Assembly (NCBI GenBank): GCA_017555825.1
Contig: JAFZFQ010000037.1
Coordinates: 862-64,861, forward strand
Direction of reading: 5' to 3'
Length of the DNA: 64,000 nucleotides
Source of the DNA: Bacteroidaceae bacterium
GTDB lineage: Bacteria; Bacteroidota; Bacteroidia; Bacteroidales; Barnesiellaceae_A
The translations under genes were made by a program, and so were the position numbers. Positions within the stretch are counted from its first letter, which is position 1; every line of letters begins with the position of its first letter. The notes beneath the pieces were generated by a model. That model saw nothing but the letters and a program-made list of their open reading frames with translations. It did no database searches and was not told the origin of the DNA. Below are positions 58,329 to 64,000 of the stretch, piece by piece.

Positions 58329-61310
58329 ATGAGCAGACTATATACTGTGCTCTCAATGCTCATATTGTGTGCAGTAGCCGTGTGCGGACAATCGATGCAC
58401 ACCACCGATGCTGCATCCGACTATGAGCGAGGTTATGCGATGTATTATGATGGCAACTATATCGGTTGTTACGATATTATGTCTTCGTTGTTACGTCGCA
58501 GTGATGCATCGCGCTACCACGAAGAGGCGGCTTTCTATGCTACTATGTCGCAAGCACAGCACGCTGTAAAGCGCACGCCCGAGTTGCTCAACCGCTATCT
58601 GCTGGAGTATCCCTACTCTCTTCATCACAGCGAGATAAAGTTGGCGTTGGGTTATTACTACTACAATGAGGGGATATATGACAAGGCTGTGGAGCACTTG
58701 TTGAATATAAGTCTCGACAATATCGATCGTAGCGAGCAAGATGACTACTGCTATCGATTGGCTATGAGCTACATCAAGACCAATCAGCCCGAAAAGGCTC
58801 TGCCTCTGTGCAAAGCATTGTCGCAGAACTCTACTCAATATCGCAACGAGGCCTACTATTATTGTGGTTACATCTACTACGAAATGGGGAATTATGCGAT
58901 GGCTCGTCGTGAGCTTGAACAGGTGCGTTCCACCTCGCAGTATGGCTTTGATGCGCAATATCTGTTGCTCAATATCGACTTTTTCAATAAGCAGTATGCA
59001 CAATGTATCGCATTGTGTAGCCAGCTCTTGAATGAAGCCCCCGACACAAAATGTCGCGCAGAAATCAACCGTATAGCCGGAGAGTGTCACTACCAATTGG
59101 GCAATGATGTACAAGCGTTGAAGTATATCAATGACTACATGAAGTTGACCGATGAGCCTTATCGCACCACGCTTTATATAGCCGGTATATTGACCTATCG
59201 CAATAAGCAGTATGACCGTGCTATTGAGTTGTTGAGTGGTGTTACAGATGACCACGACGCTATTGCACAGAGTGCCTATCTGCATCGAGGTCTGGTACAT
59301 TTGCAACTCAAAGACTTGCGCCAGGCCTACACGGCGTTTACCCATGCTGCCGAGAGCCGATGCGACGAAACCATTCGTGAGATTGCTCTTTACAATCAAG
59401 CTCTGTGTGCATATGAGGGCAATTTAAGCCTTTTTGATAGCACTCTGGCAATGTTTGAAAATTTTGTGCGTCAATATCCCGCATCGGCCTATATAGATGA
59501 TGTAAACAGCCGAATATCGGAGTTACACATCACGTCGCGCAACTATAAGGTGGCGCTCGACTATATCGATCGTATCAAGCAACCATCTGACGAGGTACTC
59601 AAGCAACGCCAACAGATATTATATATACTTGGTACCGAGTCTTTTGCCAATAATAAGATAGCAGAGGCTGCCGATTGGTTTTCGCAAGCTGTCAAGGCGG
59701 GCAATCATTCTCCTGAGTACAAGCTACGCTCGATCTATTGGTTGGGCGAGTGCTGTTATCGCATGGGCGCCTATAAAGAGGCTCTCAAGTGCTACGAGCA
59801 GGTAGTCAAGAGCAATATTACTACCGATGCAACGACAGTGGCTTTGGCTCAGTACAACATAGCTTATTGTTACTTCAAGAGCAAGAAGTATAGCAGTGCA
59901 TGCACAGCCTTTGAGCTCTATACCAAGCAACAAGGAGCTACTACTCCCCTGCTTGTCGATGCCTATAGTCGCATGGGCGACTGCTCGTTCCATGCAAGTA
60001 AGTATACCAATGCCGAGAAATACTATGCCAAGGCTGCCGGATACAATAGCAATGGTAGCGACTATGCCTTGTTGCAACAAGGCATTGTTGCGGGTGTGAC
60101 TAAGGATTACAATAAAAAAGTAAATCTCCTCTCGCAACATATCAAGAAATATAAGCAGTCGGAGTATAATGCCGAGGCTTATAGCGAATTGGGTTATACA
60201 TACATATCACTCAACAAGAACCACGAGGCAATAAATGCCTTTAATACCCTTGTAGAGACCTATCCCAAGAGTGCTGTTGCGCGCGAGGCGATGTTGCAAT
60301 TGGGTGCCTTGTATTACAACCAAAGGGAGCTCTCAAAATCTATTGCTGCCTATAAGAAACTTGTGACACAGCACCCTACGAGCAACGAAGCCAAGGTTGC
60401 TATAGAGGATCTCAAGTCGATATACATAGAGCTCGACCAGGTTGCCGAGCTGTCGCTCTTTATGCAACAGCAGGGCTTAGATTACCAAAAGAACGAGTTA
60501 GACTCTCTTACCTATATGGCTGCCGAGCGCATTTACATGACTCGTGGCGATGTCTCTTCGCTTGCCAAGTATACATCGCAGTTCCCGCAAGGTGAATATA
60601 CAGCTACGGCCTACTACTATATGGGCAACGTAGCCGATGTTGAGCAGAAGTATGATGAGGCATTGTCGCACTATCTTCACTCGTTGCAGGCCGATCCTGA
60701 CGGTAACTTCTCGACCGAGGCTTTGGCACGCAGTGGCGATATTCTCTATGATATGGAGCAATATGAGCGTGCTGCAGCCCAATATACACAATTGGTAGAG
60801 GTTGCTACCTCGACCGAGTTGCGTTACAATGCGCGTTTGGCTCTGTTGAGATGTCATGTCAATATGCAACAACATGCCGAGGCAATAACCTTGGCCACAC
60901 ACATCTTGTCGCAGAGCAAGTTGTCGCCCGAGGTGGAGCAAGAGGTGCGTTATCATAGAGCTATGTCGTACCAAGCAAGTGGCGATGTGGTGGCAGCTAT
61001 GGCCGACCTTGCCCTCTTGGCACAAGATACGCGCTCACAATATGGAGCCGAGGCGGCCTATATCATGGCACAGCACAATTTCGATGCCGGTAATATTGGC
61101 GAGGCGGAGGCTATGGCCAACGATTTTGTGCAGAAGGGTACTCCTCATGCCTATTGGTTAGCTCGCAATTTTATCTTATTGGCCGATATTTATGTGGCTA
61201 AAAACGATAATTATACCGCGCGCCAATATCTCATACAGCTACGCGATAACTATCCCGGTAGCAACGACGATATAGCCTCGCTCATAGCCACCCGACTCTC
61301 CAACCTTTAA
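58329..61310 (+). CDS. Large exported TPR-repeat protein
   Basis: Signal peptide, continuous Tyr/Ala-rich TPR helices, C-terminal YWLAR.FI.LAD.Y. Confidence 0.9.
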   Translation: MSRLYTVLSMLILCAVAVCGQSMHTTDAASDYERGYAMYYDGNYIGCYDIMSSLLRRSDASRYHEEAAFYATMSQAQHAVKRTPELLNRYLLEYPYSLHHSEIKLALGYYYYNEGIYDKAVEHLLNISLDNIDRSEQDDYCYRLAMSYIKTNQPEKALPLCKALSQNSTQYRNEAYYYCGYIYYEMGNYAMARRELEQVRSTSQYGFDAQYLLLNIDFFNKQYAQCIALCSQLLNEAPDTKCRAEINRIAGECHYQLGNDVQALKYINDYMKLTDEPYRTTLYIAGILTYRNKQYDRAIELLSGVTDDHDAIAQSAYLHRGLVHLQLKDLRQAYTAFTHAAESRCDETIREIALYNQALCAYEGNLSLFDSTLAMFENFVRQYPASAYIDDVNSRISELHITSRNYKVALDYIDRIKQPSDEVLKQRQQILYILGTESFANNKIAEAADWFSQAVKAGNHSPEYKLRSIYWLGECCYRMGAYKEALKCYEQVVKSNITTDATTVALAQYNIAYCYFKSKKYSSACTAFELYTKQQGATTPLLVDAYSRMGDCSFHASKYTNAEKYYAKAAGYNSNGSDYALLQQGIVAGVTKDYNKKVNLLSQHIKKYKQSEYNAEAYSELGYTYISLNKNHEAINAFNTLVETYPKSAVAREAMLQLGALYYNQRELSKSIAAYKKLVTQHPTSNEAKVAIEDLKSIYIELDQVAELSLFMQQQGLDYQKNELDSLTYMAAERIYMTRGDVSSLAKYTSQFPQGEYTATAYYYMGNVADVEQKYDEALSHYLHSLQADPDGNFSTEALARSGDILYDMEQYERAAAQYTQLVEVATSTELRYNARLALLRCHVNMQQHAEAITLATHILSQSKLSPEVEQEVRYHRAMSYQASGDVVAAMADLALLAQDTRSQYGAEAAYIMAQHNFDAGNIGEAEAMANDFVQKGTPHAYWLARNFILLADIYVAKNDNYTARQYLIQLRDNYPGSNDDIASLIATRLSNL

Positions 61311-61325
61311 TTTGCGCATAAATAT

Positions 61326-63017
61326 ATGAAACGATATACTCTCATTTTTGCCACAATGCTTGCGATTGTATTGCAGGCTTATGGTAATGACACTTTGCAG
61401 CGCGAGGTAACTATCGTGCGCAACTTTACGCCTACAGTGAGCGATGCCGACAAGATCAATACGCTACCGCCCATTACCACACCCTTATTTGAGCGCGACG
61501 ATGTCACCTATGCCTTCGACGCATTTTCGGCAGGAGTCGTATCGGTACCCTCTAAGATTGATATGCCCTCGCTTGCATATGTGCAAGACAGTGTGACGCG
61601 ATACAATGGATATGCCAACTTTGATATGGGTATGTACATGGCTATGGCTGCCAATGCCGGTTATCGCATACTCGATACCAAGAGCGACAAATTGGGTGTA
61701 GCTGCGCAGTTTACATCGCTCAACGGAGATATTCCCATCGGTAGTCATGTTATGTTGCTATCCGACAAGACTCATCAGACATTCTACGATGTGCGTGCCG
61801 GCTTGCATTATGCCCATGTTTTCAGCAACAATATAACCATGGCTCTCAATGCTTCATATCGATATGCTCATTTCAACTATTATGGTGTGATGGGCGAGGG
61901 TAACTCTCCCACGCAGCAGGTCAATAGTTGTATGGTCGAGTTGCGTGTCGATAACAGCGAGGCGCAACAGTATGACTACGAAAAGTGGCACGTCTTGGCA
62001 GGATATAAGCTTTATGACAATAGCACGGCCTTGTATACCCAAGCTCCCTCGCGCGAGCACGATGCCTATATCGACTTATCTTACCAATACATGCTCGACG
62101 ACCACTGGAGCGTGGGTGGCGACATGAAAGGCGAGTATCTGCAGTACAACGGCCTCCTCGGTGTGCCATATCCCGATGCCGAGAGCACTCTATTGCCTCA
62201 TGAAATCCTCACAGAGCACATCTTCATGATGCGTCTATTGCCCTATGCAACCTGGAACAAAGGGCGTGCGAGCCTTCGTGCCGGGCTCAAAATGGACATA
62301 TCGGTAGGCGATGGCAATGTGTTTTGTGTAGCGCCCGATGTGCGCTTCAATTGGGAGTTTATCCACAATTACTATCTTTTTGCCAACATAGGTGGAGGCA
62401 AGCAACTCAATCGCTGGAATGATGTGTCGCAATATTGTCTCTATTTCGACCCATCGCAGCAGATAGCGTCAAGTTATTCGCCCCTCGATGCACTGTTGGG
62501 TGTGCGCATGCACATCATTCCCGAGCTCTATGTTACGCTATATGGAGGGTATGAAGTAGCCGATCGTGCCCTGTTTCAGCAGGTTGATGGTTTTTCACAA
62601 ACAGTTGTGTGGGATGCTATTGATGCCCAATGTTTCAAGGCCGGATTGGCGCTCGATGCACGTATAACCGAGTATGTAACCCTTACAGCCGATGCAGCTT
62701 ATCGTCACTGGAGCCACAATGGCAAGGCTATAACCTACAATCGCCCCCGTTGGGAGGCCAATGTTGCGGCTGTGGTGCATCCTCTCAAGCAGTTGGACGT
62801 GAAGGTAGACTATAACATGCAGCTCGAACGCGACTATGGCGTGTATGGCAAGTTGGCCGATGTGCACAACTTGCAACTATCTGCCACCTATCGCGTGTTT
62901 GATTGGCTCTCGGTATCGTTGCATGGCAACAACTTGCTCAACCGTCGCCACGACTATTATTTTGGCCTCCCCGCTCCCGGCATACAAGTCATGGGTGGTG
63001 TGGCAGTCAAGTTCTGA
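61326..63017 (+). CDS. Outer-membrane beta-barrel (TonB-dependent receptor-like)
   Basis: Signal peptide, N-terminal REVTIVRNFTP.VSDADKI, amphipathic strands, NNLLN, terminal Phe. Confidence 0.8.
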   Translation: MKRYTLIFATMLAIVLQAYGNDTLQREVTIVRNFTPTVSDADKINTLPPITTPLFERDDVTYAFDAFSAGVVSVPSKIDMPSLAYVQDSVTRYNGYANFDMGMYMAMAANAGYRILDTKSDKLGVAAQFTSLNGDIPIGSHVMLLSDKTHQTFYDVRAGLHYAHVFSNNITMALNASYRYAHFNYYGVMGEGNSPTQQVNSCMVELRVDNSEAQQYDYEKWHVLAGYKLYDNSTALYTQAPSREHDAYIDLSYQYMLDDHWSVGGDMKGEYLQYNGLLGVPYPDAESTLLPHEILTEHIFMMRLLPYATWNKGRASLRAGLKMDISVGDGNVFCVAPDVRFNWEFIHNYYLFANIGGGKQLNRWNDVSQYCLYFDPSQQIASSYSPLDALLGVRMHIIPELYVTLYGGYEVADRALFQQVDGFSQTVVWDAIDAQCFKAGLALDARITEYVTLTADAAYRHWSHNGKAITYNRPRWEANVAAVVHPLKQLDVKVDYNMQLERDYGVYGKLADVHNLQLSATYRVFDWLSVSLHGNNLLNRRHDYYFGLPAPGIQVMGGVAVKF

Positions 63018-63105
63018 TAGAATCAATTTATTACAAGCCTAACAGTTTTACCCTCACGTAGCGGGTAATTTCGTTGCATCCGCCGGTATAGATATAAGGG
63101 TAATA

Positions 63106-63406
63106 TATTAAGACATAAGAACATAAGAACATATACCTTGAGAGTGGTTGGTAATCATTTCTCCCCCTGCGAGCGTATGCGAGATAGGGGACTGTTGCGA
63201 TTAAGCGAGAGCAGAGCCGTGCTTGCAAGGGCTATGCCGAGCGTGAGCAACTTGGTCTACAGACAAATTGGCGCAGCGGGAAGGGGTTGATAGATACACT
63301 ATCATACGCCCAATATGTCTTTATGTCCTTTTGTCTAATAAAACCTCCAACCCCCTCGGCTTGCAGCCACTCCCCCTATATTTTACATACGTAAAACACA
63401 GAGGGA
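63106..63406. repeat. Nested palindromic REP/MITE-like element
   Basis: Imperfect inverted arms at 63106-63134 and 63313-63340; two inverted TCCC.CTG..CGTATG..ATAGGGG..AGGGGTTG units. Confidence 0.65.
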
Positions 63407-63458
63407 TAAGAGGTTACCGTACGAGATATTTCCTATGTTTTCCCTACCGTGTGATATG

Positions 63459-63497
63459 AACATTGCCCCCACGGAATTGTTCCGCAGGGGCAATGTT
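63459..63497. terminator. Long hairpin downstream of paralog C
   Basis: AACATTGCCCC..CGGAA-TTG-TTCCG..GGGGCAATGTT. Confidence 0.6.
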
Positions 63498-63518
63498 TGC
63501 GTTTAAAGGTTTTCGGCT

Positions 63519-64000
63519 TTACAGCACCACCTTGGCGGTTGCACCGCTATTGAGGCGCGCTATATATACTCCCGCAGGGAGTGCTGTTATATCTATGGTA
63601 GCTGTTGTAGCACCTGTGCGGATGGGTTGTGTTGCTACCACACGACCTGTAGCGTCGTAGAGCGTGATAGCCTCGCCAGCCGATGCTGTGGGGAATACAG
63701 CCATCAAAGCGTCACCTTCGCGATACAGGGTGAGGGTAGTAAAGTCAATCTTCTTATTGGCATGGTCGCTCAATCCGTTACAATTGGCACCATCGGCACA
63801 ATATATCAACTCGCCTTCTTCAAACAGGCATTGGAGTTCATAATCATGATTGTTTTTAGTGTAACCAATACCTTCAATCCATGAATCGCTATATGTTTTT
63901 CCTATTCTTTCTATAGAATATGTGTAGAAATAATCGCCGGATTCTTTGTCACGTGATTCCTCCAAGTATCCGGAAAAATAGTATGCTTCAAGGATGTACC
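63519..64000 (-). CDS. 'WIEGIG'-repeat T9SS cargo protein (paralog C, 5' partial)
   Basis: Frame is open to the window edge; IGKTYSDSWIEGIGYT, LQCLFEEGELIYCADGA and the same CTD as A and B. Confidence 0.85.
   Translation of the reverse strand, partial: YILEAYYFSGYLEESRDKESGDYFYTYSIERIGKTYSDSWIEGIGYTKNNHDYELQCLFEEGELIYCADGANCNGLSDHANKKIDFTTLTLYREGDALMAVFPTASAGEAITLYDATGRVVATQPIRTGATTATIDITALPAGVYIARLNSGATAKVVL

Noticed and set aside
63106-63340. CRISPR array or intact IS
   Set aside because: No regularly spaced repeats with unique spacers, and no cas or transposase ORF.

Overview
A Bacteroidales chromosomal segment, recognised by many TAnnTTTG promoters, starts mostly lacking Shine-Dalgarno sites, and type IX secretion (T9SS) cargo genes. 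It is mostly housekeeping: rnr, rpoN, purE, ispG, FKBP pair, cobB, tRNA-Arg(CCT), prfB, polA, mfd, ychF, pckA, metK, sufB, miaB, and a U32-TPR-barrel operon. I found no CRISPR array, integrase, transposase or prophage gene. The strongest signals are: (1) a shared ECF-sigma-like motif, AAC-N17-YGTT, in front of four genes in two divergent pairs 20 kb apart (gadB/MFS and gadC/DcaP-like porin), with a weaker copy before an MscS channel, suggesting a dispersed acid-stress regulon; (2) three secreted 'WIEGIG'-repeat proteins with AT-rich variable bodies fused to a GC-rich T9SS C-terminal domain (93% identical in the tandem pair), with DNA-level signs of module shuffling; (3) an alpha/beta-hydrolase, membrane-anchored MurF and Ddl cassette of the Campylobacter/Helicobacter type; (4) a SAM-II riboswitch before metK, a prfB lacking the programmed frameshift, a candidate sRNA and a nested palindromic repeat element. 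All calls come from reading the sequence; no searches were run.
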